A stretch of DNA of 64,000 bases from Gemmatimonadales bacterium (GTDB lineage: Bacteria > Gemmatimonadota > Gemmatimonadetes > Longimicrobiales > Gaopeijiaceae): positions 14,023 to 78,022 of the forward strand of contig CANMOI010000004.1 of assembly GCA_947499465.1 (NCBI GenBank), given 5' to 3'. This document shows positions 7,049-15,841 of the stretch, piece by piece; the first letter of the stretch is position 1, and every line of letters starts with the position of its first letter. The notes beneath the pieces were generated by a model. It saw nothing but the letters and a program-made list of their open reading frames with translations. It made no database searches and was not told the origin of the DNA. Position numbers and translations under genes: made by a program.

Positions 7049-8269
7049 ATGGCTACCGAAATCGCCGCGGACCGGACCGAGAGTCTCGTCGAGGAGGCCG
7101 CGCGTTTCAGCGCGAGCAACTACCACCCCCTCGACGTCGTCCTCGAGCGCGGGGAGGGTGTGTGGGTCTGGGACGTGGAAGGGAAGCGCTATCTCGACAT
7201 GCTCTCCGCCTACTCCGCGCTCAACCAGGGCCACCGGCATCCCGCCATCGTGCGCGCTGCCAAGGCGCAGCTCGACCGGGTGACGCTCACCTCGCGCGCC
7301 TTCCACAACGACCAGATGGGCCCCTTCCTCCGCGAGCTGTGCGAGGCGACGGGCTACGAGCAGGCGCTCCCGATGAACACGGGCGCCGAGGCGGTCGAGA
7401 CCGCGATCAAGCTGGTGCGGAAGTGGGGCTACACGAAGAAGGGCGTGAACGGCGGTCGCGCCGAGATCATCGTCTGCCGCAACAACTTCCACGGGCGGAC
7501 CACCACGATCGTCGGCTTCAGCTCGGAGCATCAGTATCGCGACGGCTTCGGTCCGTTCGCGCCCGGCTTCAGGGAAGTCCCGTTCGGTGACGCCGACGCG
7601 CTCGCGGCCGCGGTCACCCAGCACACCGTGGGCTTCCTGTTCGAGCCGATCCAGGCCGAGGGCGGCGTCATCGTTCCGCCCGCCGGCTACCTCAAGCGCG
7701 TGCGCGAGATCTGCGATCAGAAGGGCATCGCGATGATGGCCGACGAGATCCAGACCGGGCTCGGCCGCACCGGCCGCCTGTTCGCGTGCGAGTGGGAGGG
7801 CGTCCGCGCCGACATCCTTATCGTCGGGAAGTCACTGGGCGGTGGCGTCTATCCGGTCTCGGCCGTGCTCGCCGACGCCGAATTCATGGAGGTCTTCAAG
7901 CCCGGCGACCACGGGTCCACGTTCGGCGGCAATCCGCTGGCCGCCGCGATCGCCCGTGCTTCCCTCAGGGTGATCCTCGACGAGGATCTGCCCAAGCGCG
8001 CCGACGAGCTCGGCGGCTGGTTCATGCGCGAGCTCGTCGCACTCGATTCGCCGCACGTCGCCGAGGTGCGCGGGAAGGGTCTCCTGATTGGGGTCGAGAT
8101 CAGGGAGTCCTCCGGCACCGCCCGTCCCTACTGCGAGGCGCTCAAGGAGCGCGGCATCCTGGCCAAGGAGACACACGGCCAGGTGATCCGCTTCGCCCCT
8201 CCTCTCGTCATCGAGACAGAGACGCTCCAGGAAGTGCTCGCGGACATCGCCGAGGTCCTCCAGGGCTGA
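7049..8269 (+). CDS. rocD: ornithine--oxo-acid aminotransferase
   Basis: NYHPLDVVLERGEGVWVWDVEGKRYLDMLSAYSALNQGHRHP...NTGAEAVETAIK...DEIQTGLGRTG is the class-III aminotransferase OAT pattern. Confidence 0.85.
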   Translation: MATEIAADRTESLVEEAARFSASNYHPLDVVLERGEGVWVWDVEGKRYLDMLSAYSALNQGHRHPAIVRAAKAQLDRVTLTSRAFHNDQMGPFLRELCEATGYEQALPMNTGAEAVETAIKLVRKWGYTKKGVNGGRAEIIVCRNNFHGRTTTIVGFSSEHQYRDGFGPFAPGFREVPFGDADALAAAVTQHTVGFLFEPIQAEGGVIVPPAGYLKRVREICDQKGIAMMADEIQTGLGRTGRLFACEWEGVRADILIVGKSLGGGVYPVSAVLADAEFMEVFKPGDHGSTFGGNPLAAAIARASLRVILDEDLPKRADELGGWFMRELVALDSPHVAEVRGKGLLIGVEIRESSGTARPYCEALKERGILAKETHGQVIRFAPPLVIETETLQEVLADIAEVLQG

Positions 8270-8403
8270 TTCCCGGGGGAGGCGCTCGCCTCCCCCCTCG
8301 CTACATCTGTTCCCGTTCGCCCCGTGCAGCGGCATTGCGTGCCCGCTCGCCCCCGCCCCACATTGCGCCGCCACAAAATCTTTGTGACCCCGCAGGAGCA
8401 CCC

Positions 8404-9570
8404 ATGAATATCGCCGTACCCAAAGAGACCCATCCGGGAGAGGAGCGGGTGGCGCTCGCTCCGGAGACTGTCAAGAAGCTGGCCAAGGCCGGGTTCAGCG
8501 TTGCGGTGGAGGCCGGGGCGGGGAAACCCGCATTCTTCTCGGACGAGTCTTACAAGGAGGCCGGAGCCACGGTCGAGGGGGACTATGCCAAGCTGCTCGG
8601 CTCGGCGGACATGGTCCTGAAGGTGGCTCCCCCCGTGACGGGCGGAGGCAGGAACGAGGTGGCCGCGATGAAGGAGGGGGCGATCTTCATCGCCTCCCTC
8701 CAGCCGCTCCGTAACCTCGAGCCGGTGAAGGCCCTGCAGGAGCGGAAGATCACCGCCTTCTCGACCGACGCGATCCCGCGCACCAGTCGCGCGCAGGCGA
8801 TGGACACCCTCTCCTCGATGGCCAACATCGCTGGCTACAAGGGCGCCCTGCTCGGTGCGGTCGAGATGAACAAGTACTACCCCATGCTGATGACCGCCGC
8901 CGGAATGGTCGCCCCTGCCAAGGTGTTCGTCATCGGCGCCGCGGTGGCCGGTCTCCAGGCGATCGCGACCGCCAAGCGCCTCGGCGCGCAGGTGACCGCG
9001 ACCGACGTCCGCCCCGAGGTGAAGGAGCAGATCGAATCGGTCGGCGCCAAGTACGTCGGGATCGAGCTCAAGGCGGACGCCTCTGCGGGGGGTGGTTACG
9101 CGAAAGAGCTGTCGGAGGAGGACAAGGCGCGCCAGCGCGAGATGCTGGTGGCGCAGTGCGCGCAGGTCGACGTGGTGATCACCACCGCGCTGATCGGCGG
9201 CATCTTCGCCCCGAAGCTGATCAACAAGGAAATGGTGATGAGCATGAAGGCGGGCTCGGTCATCGTCGACCTGGCGGCGGACGGCGGCGGCAACTGCGAG
9301 CTGTCTAAGCCGGGCGAGACGGTGGTCACGGAGAACGGCGTCACGATCCTGGCCCCGCTCAATCTCGCGGCCACCATGCCTACGCACGCCAGCCTGCTGT
9401 TTGGGCGCAACCTGCTCAACTTCATCACCACGTTCGCGAAGGATGGCGCGTTCGTCCTCGACCTGAACGACGACATCCAGGCCGGGGCGCTCATCACGCA
9501 CGAGGGTCAGGTCAAGCACGCCCGCACCAAGGATGCGCTGGAGAAGTCCGGCGCGATGGCGGCTCGGTGA
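8404..9570 (+). CDS. pntAA: NAD(P) transhydrogenase subunit alpha part 1
   Basis: An internal ATG at 8404 gives MNIAVPKETHPGEERVALAPETVKKL...VFVIGAAVAGLQAIATAKRLGA. Confidence 0.9.
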   Translation: MNIAVPKETHPGEERVALAPETVKKLAKAGFSVAVEAGAGKPAFFSDESYKEAGATVEGDYAKLLGSADMVLKVAPPVTGGGRNEVAAMKEGAIFIASLQPLRNLEPVKALQERKITAFSTDAIPRTSRAQAMDTLSSMANIAGYKGALLGAVEMNKYYPMLMTAAGMVAPAKVFVIGAAVAGLQAIATAKRLGAQVTATDVRPEVKEQIESVGAKYVGIELKADASAGGGYAKELSEEDKARQREMLVAQCAQVDVVITTALIGGIFAPKLINKEMVMSMKAGSVIVDLAADGGGNCELSKPGETVVTENGVTILAPLNLAATMPTHASLLFGRNLLNFITTFAKDGAFVLDLNDDIQAGALITHEGQVKHARTKDALEKSGAMAAR

Positions 9571-10004
9571 TCCAAGCAACCGCAAAGGAGATTGCCCGGA
9601 TGTCCGGACGATTTGTCAACAATGGTGCGCCCTTCGCGCTCATGGCCGCGCTGGGCCTCGCGCTCGCCGGCCCACTGAGCGCGCAAGAGGCGGTGCACCC
9701 GGTCGTGGAAACCCCCGACTACTGGTCCCTGCTCTTCGTATTCGTGCTCTCGAGCTTCATCGGGCTGGGCGTGATCCGGCGCGTCTCGCGCCTACTGCAC
9801 ACGCCGCTCATGTCGATCACCAACGCGATCTCGGCGATCGCGGTGGTCGGATCGATCCTGGTCACCGGCGAGGATTATCCGCCGATGATCCGCGCGGTCG
9901 GCGCGGTCGCGCTCTTCTGCTCGATGACGAACATCGTGTCCGGGTTCCTGATCACGGACCGGATGCTCAAGATGTTCAAGACGAACGAAAAGGCGGGGCA
10001 CTGA
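9567..10004 (+). CDS. pntAB: NAD(P) transhydrogenase subunit alpha part 2 (membrane)
   Basis: HTPLMSITNAISAI...FCSMTNIVSGFLITDRMLKMF. A GTG at 9567 overlaps the pntAA stop; an alternative ATG lies at 9600. Confidence 0.8.
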   Translation: MIQATAKEIARMSGRFVNNGAPFALMAALGLALAGPLSAQEAVHPVVETPDYWSLLFVFVLSSFIGLGVIRRVSRLLHTPLMSITNAISAIAVVGSILVTGEDYPPMIRAVGAVALFCSMTNIVSGFLITDRMLKMFKTNEKAGH

Positions 10005-10005
10005 G

Positions 10006-11415
10006 ATGATCCCGTCACTCGTGCAGTTCGCGTATCTGATCGCGACCGGTCTGTTCGTCTTCTCGCTGCACTGGATGAACGACCCCAAGACGGCCCGGAA
10101 CGGCGTCATGGCGGGCGTCGTAGCCATGACGATCGCGATCCTGGCCACCTGGGCGCAGCCCGTCATCGTCCACCACTTCTGGATCGTGGTGGCGCTCGCG
10201 GCGGGGATCCTCGTCGGCGTTCCGCTCTCGCAGGTGCCGATCACCGCGGTTCCCCAGCGGACCGCGCTGTCGCACGCGTTCGGCGGTCTGGCGGCAGGGC
10301 TCGTGGGCTCGGCGAAGTTCTATCTGTGGTACGGCGAGGGTCCAGAGCAGCTGACCACGTTCCGCGTGGTCGCGATCATGGTCGAGGTGCTGCTCGGTTT
10401 CCTCACCTTCACCGGCAGCTTGCTCGCGGCCGGTAAGCTGCAAGAGGTGAAGTGGATCCCGCAGCGTCCGGTGACCTATCCGGGCCAGAACTTCATGAAC
10501 CTCGCGTTGCTCCTGACCGCGATCGGGATCGGCGTCTTCATCGTGCTGAACCCGGGCTCGACGCTGGCGCCCCAGCTGTTCCCGGTCGTCATCGCGATCT
10601 CGCTCGCGTTCGGCGTGCTGCTGATCATCCCGATCGGCGGCGCCGACATGCCGACCGTGATCGCGATCCTTAACGGCTACGCCGGACTATCGGCCGTTGC
10701 GATGGGCTTCGTGCTCGACAACAAGCTCCTGATCACCGCAGGCGCACTCGACGGATCGTCCGGGTTGATCCTGTCGCTCATCATGTGCAAGGCGATGAAC
10801 CGCTCGTTCACGAATGTGCTGTTCGGAGCGTTCGGTCAGGTGCAGGCAGCCAAGGCGGGCGGCGAGGTGAAGCAGTACAAGGCGGAGACCAACGAGGGTG
10901 CCGCGCAGGTGCTCGAGCAGTCGCAGCTCGTCGTCATCATCCCCGGCTACGGAATGGCCGTGTCGCAGGCGCAGCACAAGGTGCGCGAGCTGTACGACCA
11001 GCTGAAGAAGCGGGGGATCGACGTGAAGTTCGCGATCCATCCGGTGGCCGGCCGCATGCCCGGCCACATGAACGTGCTGCTGGCCGAGGCCGAGATCCCG
11101 TATACGGACCTGGTCGAGATGGACGACATCAACGGCGACATGCCGCAGTGCGACGTTGCGCTAGTCATCGGCGCGAACGACGTGGTGAATCCGGCGGCCC
11201 GCTACGACAAGTCGAGCCCGATCTACGGCATGCCGATCATCGCGGCGGACAAGGCCCGAACCACTTTCGCGATCAAGCGCTCGAAGAACCCGGGCTTCGC
11301 CGGGATCGACAACGAGCTCTACTTCGCGGACCACACCTGGATGCTCTTCGGTGACGCCAAAGCGGTGGTCGGCGACCTGGTCAAAGAGCTGAGCGGTGGG
11401 AGCGGGATGCACTAG
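10006..11415 (+). CDS. pntB: NAD(P) transhydrogenase subunit beta
   Basis: 469 aa with a multi-TM N-terminal half and a dIII domain (IIPGYGMAVSQAQH...HPVAGRMPGHMNVLLAEA...GANDVVNPAA). Confidence 0.9.
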   Translation: MIPSLVQFAYLIATGLFVFSLHWMNDPKTARNGVMAGVVAMTIAILATWAQPVIVHHFWIVVALAAGILVGVPLSQVPITAVPQRTALSHAFGGLAAGLVGSAKFYLWYGEGPEQLTTFRVVAIMVEVLLGFLTFTGSLLAAGKLQEVKWIPQRPVTYPGQNFMNLALLLTAIGIGVFIVLNPGSTLAPQLFPVVIAISLAFGVLLIIPIGGADMPTVIAILNGYAGLSAVAMGFVLDNKLLITAGALDGSSGLILSLIMCKAMNRSFTNVLFGAFGQVQAAKAGGEVKQYKAETNEGAAQVLEQSQLVVIIPGYGMAVSQAQHKVRELYDQLKKRGIDVKFAIHPVAGRMPGHMNVLLAEAEIPYTDLVEMDDINGDMPQCDVALVIGANDVVNPAARYDKSSPIYGMPIIAADKARTTFAIKRSKNPGFAGIDNELYFADHTWMLFGDAKAVVGDLVKELSGGSGMH

Positions 11416-11440
11416 GGCCGAACCCAGGGTCCGGCGAGAA

Positions 11441-11472
11441 GGGGGAGATCACCACTCGATCTCCCCCTTTTT
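11441..11472 (+). terminator. intrinsic terminator after pntB, overlapping the 3' coding end of yggX on the opposite strand
   Basis: GGGGGAGATC-ACCACTC-GATCTCCCCC followed by TTTTT. Confidence 0.6.
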
Positions 11473-11730
11473 CGTCGTATCCACCGGAGCGCCTTCCCCG
11501 GAGCCGAACAGTACCGAGTCGATCTGCGCGTAAAGGAAGTCCCGCGCTTCCTGCTCCCTCGGGTCCAGGCCGTAGTGGTTGATCAGCGAAGTCTGGTGCT
11601 TCAGCCAATCCTTCCAGCAGTCCTGGCAGATCTCGGCGAGCAGGCGGTCGCCCAGCGGGTTCTTGAAGGGGGGGCGTTCGAGCTTGGGGGCATCGGTACG
11701 GCCACAGCGCCGGCAGGTGATCGTTTCCAT
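11449..11730 (-). CDS. yggX: Fe(2+)-trafficking / oxidative-damage protection protein YggX
   Basis: An internal ATG at 11730 gives METITCRRCG...CQDCWKDWLKHQTSLINHYGLDPREQEARDFL, collinear with E. coli YggX. Confidence 0.8.
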   Translation of the reverse strand: METITCRRCGRTDAPKLERPPFKNPLGDRLLAEICQDCWKDWLKHQTSLINHYGLDPREQEARDFLYAQIDSVLFGSGEGAPVDTTKKGEIEW

Positions 11731-11911
11731 GGGGCGGACTACCCAGTCGCCTCCCCCCAGGTCCTTTTGCGCCCGTCCTGGCCGGTACGAACCCGTCCCC
11801 GAGGCGCTACCGGCGTGTCTCCCCGGGGACCGGTTTTCCCGTGGACTGGGAATGGCCGATGCGCTAGGTTTTCCCGTCTTTGTTTGGGCGTCCTCGACAA
11901 AGCGGGGCGGG

Positions 11912-12298
11912 ATGGCGGTTCTCAACAAGAAGCAGCTGGCCCACATCGAGAAGCGGCTGCTGGAAGAGCGGGCACGCGCGCTTCGGTCGCTGGGCCTCTT
12001 CGACGTGATGGCCAAGGCCGACCGCGAGTCGGGCGATTCGGACCTCTCGGCCTATACCGACCACATGGCCGACCAGGGCACCGAGGCGATGGAGCGAGAG
12101 AAGGCCGCTCTGTTCGCGACCAAGGAAGGCCGGTACCTGTATCGCCTCGAGGAGGCGCTGCGCCGGATGTACAACGATCCGGAGAACTTCGGGTCCTGCC
12201 ACACGTGCAAGAGCCCGGTGGGCTACGAGCGGCTCGACGCGCTGCCGCACGCGCGGTACTGCATCGACTGCAAGATCAAGGAAGAAGAGGCGGCGTAA
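11912..12298 (+). CDS. DksA/TraR-family C4 zinc-finger protein
   Basis: C-terminal CHTCKSPVGYERLDALPHARYCIDC follows a coiled-coil region. The internal ATG is at 11912. Confidence 0.8.
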   Translation: MAVLNKKQLAHIEKRLLEERARALRSLGLFDVMAKADRESGDSDLSAYTDHMADQGTEAMEREKAALFATKEGRYLYRLEEALRRMYNDPENFGSCHTCKSPVGYERLDALPHARYCIDCKIKEEEAA

Positions 12299-12310
12299 CG
12301 CCTCCCGGCT

Positions 12311-13474
12311 TCAGCGCGCCGCGGTCTTCCGCCGGTTCAGCAGGGCCAGCATCGCTTCGCCGACCGCTTCGGCCTGCCAACGCCGGAGGCCCGGCACGGT
12401 GGCCAGTTCCTCGGGCGTGAGCGGTTCCTTCCGGGCGATCTCCAGCAGCACCGCGTTCGGCATCAGCGTGCCGCGGTCGATCCCGAGCTCGTCGGCGCGC
12501 TTGTTCCGGATCTCCTTCAGCTTCTCGGCGCGCGCCTCCGCGTCCGGCGTCGGACGGCCGGGCCCTCCGCGCGAGCGGCGCGGGATCGGCTTGATGTCAC
12601 GATCCGGCAACAGCGCGATGCGCGCCATGCGCTCGAGGAGCTCCTGGCCCTCCTGGCGGGCGAGCGCGGGGCTGAACCCCTTCACCTCGCCGAGCTGCTC
12701 GGGCGTTCCCGGGCGCCGCACCACCAGCTCCAGCAGCGCCTGGTCCCCGGCGATCCGGAACGGCGCCTTGTCGCGCGCTTTCGCGAGCTTGTCGCGCCAG
12801 TCGAGCGCTTCGCGCAGGTAGGCCACCTCGCGCGGCGTGAGATCGCGCGCGCCCTTCACGCGCAGCGCGGGGTCGTCGTCGCCTTCCTCGGCGGGCGCCC
12901 CGTTCCAGCGCGCCTCCTCGAGGAAGCGGCACTCCTCCACGGCCCAGGACGTGCGTCCGGCCTCGCTCAGCTTCGCGCGCAGGATATTGGAGAGTTCGCG
13001 CAGGTGCATGGTGTCGCCCGCCGCGTATTCGAGCATGTCGTCGGGCAGGGGACGCCGCGCCCAGTCCGCGCGCTGGAATTTCTTGGAGATCTTGAGGCCG
13101 AGGTACTTCTCGAGCAGGGCCGACAGGCCGAGCGCGCTTTCGCCCAGGACCGCGGCGGCCACCTGGGTGTCGAACAGGCCGCGCAGCTGGACCCCCAGGT
13201 CACGATCGAGTAGCCGGAGGTCGTAGTCCGCCCCGTGCATGAGGATCTCGGTGCCGGGATCCTCGAGCGGACCCCGCAGGGCGTCGCTGGGGTCGAAGGC
13301 GAGCGGATCGACGATCAGGGTGCCGCCGGCGGTGGTGATCTGGAGCAGGCAGACCCGGTCGGAGTACCGGTGGAATCCAGCCGCTTCGCTGTCCAGCGCG
13401 ATCCAGGTCTGGCCGGTGAGGTCGCGGCGTAGCTGCGGGACCTGGGCTGGGTCATCGACCAAGGTGAAGGACAT
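12311..13474 (-). CDS. rnd: ribonuclease D (DEDDy 3'-5' exonuclease plus HRDC domains)
   Basis: IALDSEAAGFHRYSDRVCLLQITT...HGADYDLRLL...YAAGDTMHL. Confidence 0.85.
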   Translation of the reverse strand: MSFTLVDDPAQVPQLRRDLTGQTWIALDSEAAGFHRYSDRVCLLQITTAGGTLIVDPLAFDPSDALRGPLEDPGTEILMHGADYDLRLLDRDLGVQLRGLFDTQVAAAVLGESALGLSALLEKYLGLKISKKFQRADWARRPLPDDMLEYAAGDTMHLRELSNILRAKLSEAGRTSWAVEECRFLEEARWNGAPAEEGDDDPALRVKGARDLTPREVAYLREALDWRDKLAKARDKAPFRIAGDQALLELVVRRPGTPEQLGEVKGFSPALARQEGQELLERMARIALLPDRDIKPIPRRSRGGPGRPTPDAEARAEKLKEIRNKRADELGIDRGTLMPNAVLLEIARKEPLTPEELATVPGLRRWQAEAVGEAMLALLNRRKTAAR

Positions 13475-13643
13475 GCGGCTGGCGGGCGTCTCCCTGTTGG
13501 AATGGGCCGGGCCGCCACGTGCCGACGGATACGACCCTCGGCGTTTGATTACTCCTCGGGAATCCTGCCGTTCCGGCGCCTTGCGGTGGCTTGGGCGCTT
13601 GGGCAGGTTGACCGGCTTCGATATAACAGGACTTCAGGAGCTT

Positions 13644-15071
13644 ATGCTCAGAACGAAGATGGTTTGCACGCTGGGCCCGGCCAGCTCGTCGCCGGAGATC
13701 ATCGGCCAACTGGTCGCGAGCGGGCTCAACATGGCCCGCCTCAACATGTCGCACGGGAATCACGAGGCCCACGCCCGGAACATCGACCTGGTCCGGCAGG
13801 CCTCCGACGCGCACGGCCGCCCGGTCGCGATCCTCGCCGACCTCGCGGGCCCCAAGATCCGGGTCGGCGATCTGGCCGCCCCGATCGAGCTGGTGCGCGG
13901 GGCGCAGGTGGTGATCGCGCCCGAGGGCACCGAGGACCAGTCGGAGGGCGAGATCCCCACCACCTACAAGGTGCTGGCGGAGGATCTGCAGCCCGGCAAC
14001 CACGTTCTGATGGACGACGGCCTGCTCGAGCTCGAGACCATCCGTTCGGAGGGACAGCGCGCGATCCTCCGGGTGATCCGCGGCGGTACGTTGCGCAGCC
14101 GGAAGGGGATCAACCTCCCGGGCGTCGCGGTGCGCGCCAACGCGATGACGCCCAAGGACGAGCGTGACCTCGAGTTCGCGCTGTCGCACGGTGTCGAGTA
14201 CATCGGGCTCTCGTTCGTGCGCCGGGTGCGCGACGTCGTCCGCCTGAAGGAGATCATCAAGAAGCGCGCGCTGATCGTGGCCAAGATCGAGCGCGCGAGC
14301 GCGCTCCTGTCGATCGAGGAGATCCTGGCCGAGACCGACGCGGTGATGGTCGCGCGCGGCGACCTCGGCGTCGAGCTGCCGTTCGAGAGCGTCCCGCTCG
14401 CGCAGAAGAAGATCATCCAGCTGGCCAACTACTACGCGCGGCCCGTGATCACCGCGACGCAGATGCTCGAGTCGATGATCGAGCATCCCCGGCCGACCCG
14501 AGCGGAAGCGTCCGACGCCGCCAACGCGGTGCTCGACGGGAGCGACGCGCTCATGCTCTCGGGCGAGACCGCGGCGGGCCAGTATCCAGTGCAGGCGCTC
14601 GACGCGCTCGTGCGCATCGCGACCGAGATCGAGGGCTCGGGCGTGCTGGAGCGCGGCCCGCGCTACCTGACGCACATGGGTCCCGACGCGCGCCACGGCG
14701 CCTCCTCGCGCGAGCACGCGATCGCGTCGGCCACGGTGGACGCGGCGCGCCAGCTCGGGGCTCCGGCGATCCTGGTCATCACGCGCAGCGGGTTCTCCGC
14801 CCGTCTGGTCTCGAGCTATCGCTCCGAGATCCCGGTGTTCGCGCTCTGCGACGACCCGGCCACGTTCCGGCAGCTCGCCGCGGTGTGGGGCGTGCACCCC
14901 GTGATGTGGGACGGCGCCGAGGAGGTCACCTACGAGGCGGCGCTCGCGTTCGGGAAGCGCTGCGTGCTGGAAGCGGGCATGGGCAAGCAGAATGATTCGG
15001 TCGTGGTGACGGCCGGTGTGCCGTTCCACACCTCCGGTAGCACCAACACGATGCGCGTGGAGCAGCTCTGA
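13644..15071 (+). CDS. pyk: pyruvate kinase
   Basis: The ATG at 13644 follows CAGGAG. Sequence: MLRTKMVCTLGPAS...NMARLNMSHG...MVARGDLGVE...MLSGETA. Confidence 0.9.
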   Translation: MLRTKMVCTLGPASSSPEIIGQLVASGLNMARLNMSHGNHEAHARNIDLVRQASDAHGRPVAILADLAGPKIRVGDLAAPIELVRGAQVVIAPEGTEDQSEGEIPTTYKVLAEDLQPGNHVLMDDGLLELETIRSEGQRAILRVIRGGTLRSRKGINLPGVAVRANAMTPKDERDLEFALSHGVEYIGLSFVRRVRDVVRLKEIIKKRALIVAKIERASALLSIEEILAETDAVMVARGDLGVELPFESVPLAQKKIIQLANYYARPVITATQMLESMIEHPRPTRAEASDAANAVLDGSDALMLSGETAAGQYPVQALDALVRIATEIEGSGVLERGPRYLTHMGPDARHGASSREHAIASATVDAARQLGAPAILVITRSGFSARLVSSYRSEIPVFALCDDPATFRQLAAVWGVHPVMWDGAEEVTYEAALAFGKRCVLEAGMGKQNDSVVVTAGVPFHTSGSTNTMRVEQL

Positions 15072-15841
15072 AGCTCACCTTCCTCGGCACCGGCACCTCG
15101 TTCGGCATCCCCGTTCTGGGATGCCGCTGCGCAGTGTGTGCCTCGGACGACCCGCGCGACCAGCGCACGCGGAGCGGCGCGCTGCTCGACCTGCCCGAGG
15201 GGCGCCTGCTGATCGACGCGCCGCCCGAGCTTCGCATCCAGCTGCTGCGGGAAGGCGTGACCGCGCTCGGCGGGGTCTGGATCACCCACACGCACGCGGA
15301 CCACATTCACGGCATTGACGACCTGCGCGCGTTCTCCGCGCGCGAGCCGGTCACGCTGTGGGTGCCGGAGATGCACCGGTTCGAGCTGCGTACGCGCTTT
15401 CCGTACATCTTCGACCCCACCGTCGCACTCCAGCCCGGGACCACCAAGCCCGAGTTCGAGGTTCGGGCGTTCCGGCCGCTCGAGCCGCTTCCCGTGCTCG
15501 GGACCGACATCGTCCCCCTCCCGGTGCCGCACGGGGTCACGACCGTTTTCGGCTTCCGCGCCGGGCCGCTCGGCTACGTGACCGACGGAAAGTCCCTGCC
15601 ACCGGCCACGCTCGCGGCGCTCGAGGGAGTGGATACGTTGGTGCTGAACGCGCTCTGGTGGGGCTCTCCGCATCCGACCCACTTCAACATCGAGGAGGCT
15701 CTCACGGCGGCCGCGGCGGTCGGCGCGGAGCGGACCTACCTCGTGCACATGACGCACCGCGTAAGTCACCGCGAGCTCGCGGGAAAGCTTCCCCCGGGCG
15801 TCTTCCCCGCATATGACGGTCTGTCCGTCGAGGTGGGCTGA
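15068..15841 (+). CDS. MBL-fold metallo-hydrolase (PhnP/ElaC-like), apparent CTG start
   Basis: The conserved N-terminus (L/M)KLTFLGTGTSFGIPVLGC is in frame with ORF 15134..15841 and downstream of TAG 15038-15040. There is no ATG, GTG or TTG before GTG 15134. HTHADHIHG motif present. GGAG lies 5 nt upstream of the CTG. Confidence 0.65.
   Translation: MKLTFLGTGTSFGIPVLGCRCAVCASDDPRDQRTRSGALLDLPEGRLLIDAPPELRIQLLREGVTALGGVWITHTHADHIHGIDDLRAFSAREPVTLWVPEMHRFELRTRFPYIFDPTVALQPGTTKPEFEVRAFRPLEPLPVLGTDIVPLPVPHGVTTVFGFRAGPLGYVTDGKSLPPATLAALEGVDTLVLNALWWGSPHPTHFNIEEALTAAAAVGAERTYLVHMTHRVSHRELAGKLPPGVFPAYDGLSVEVG

Noticed and set aside
9567-9720. N-terminal extension of PntAB as an anomaly
   Set aside because: Split-type transhydrogenases have PntAB subunits of about 140 aa (for example Rhodospirillum), so a 134-145-aa product is normal.
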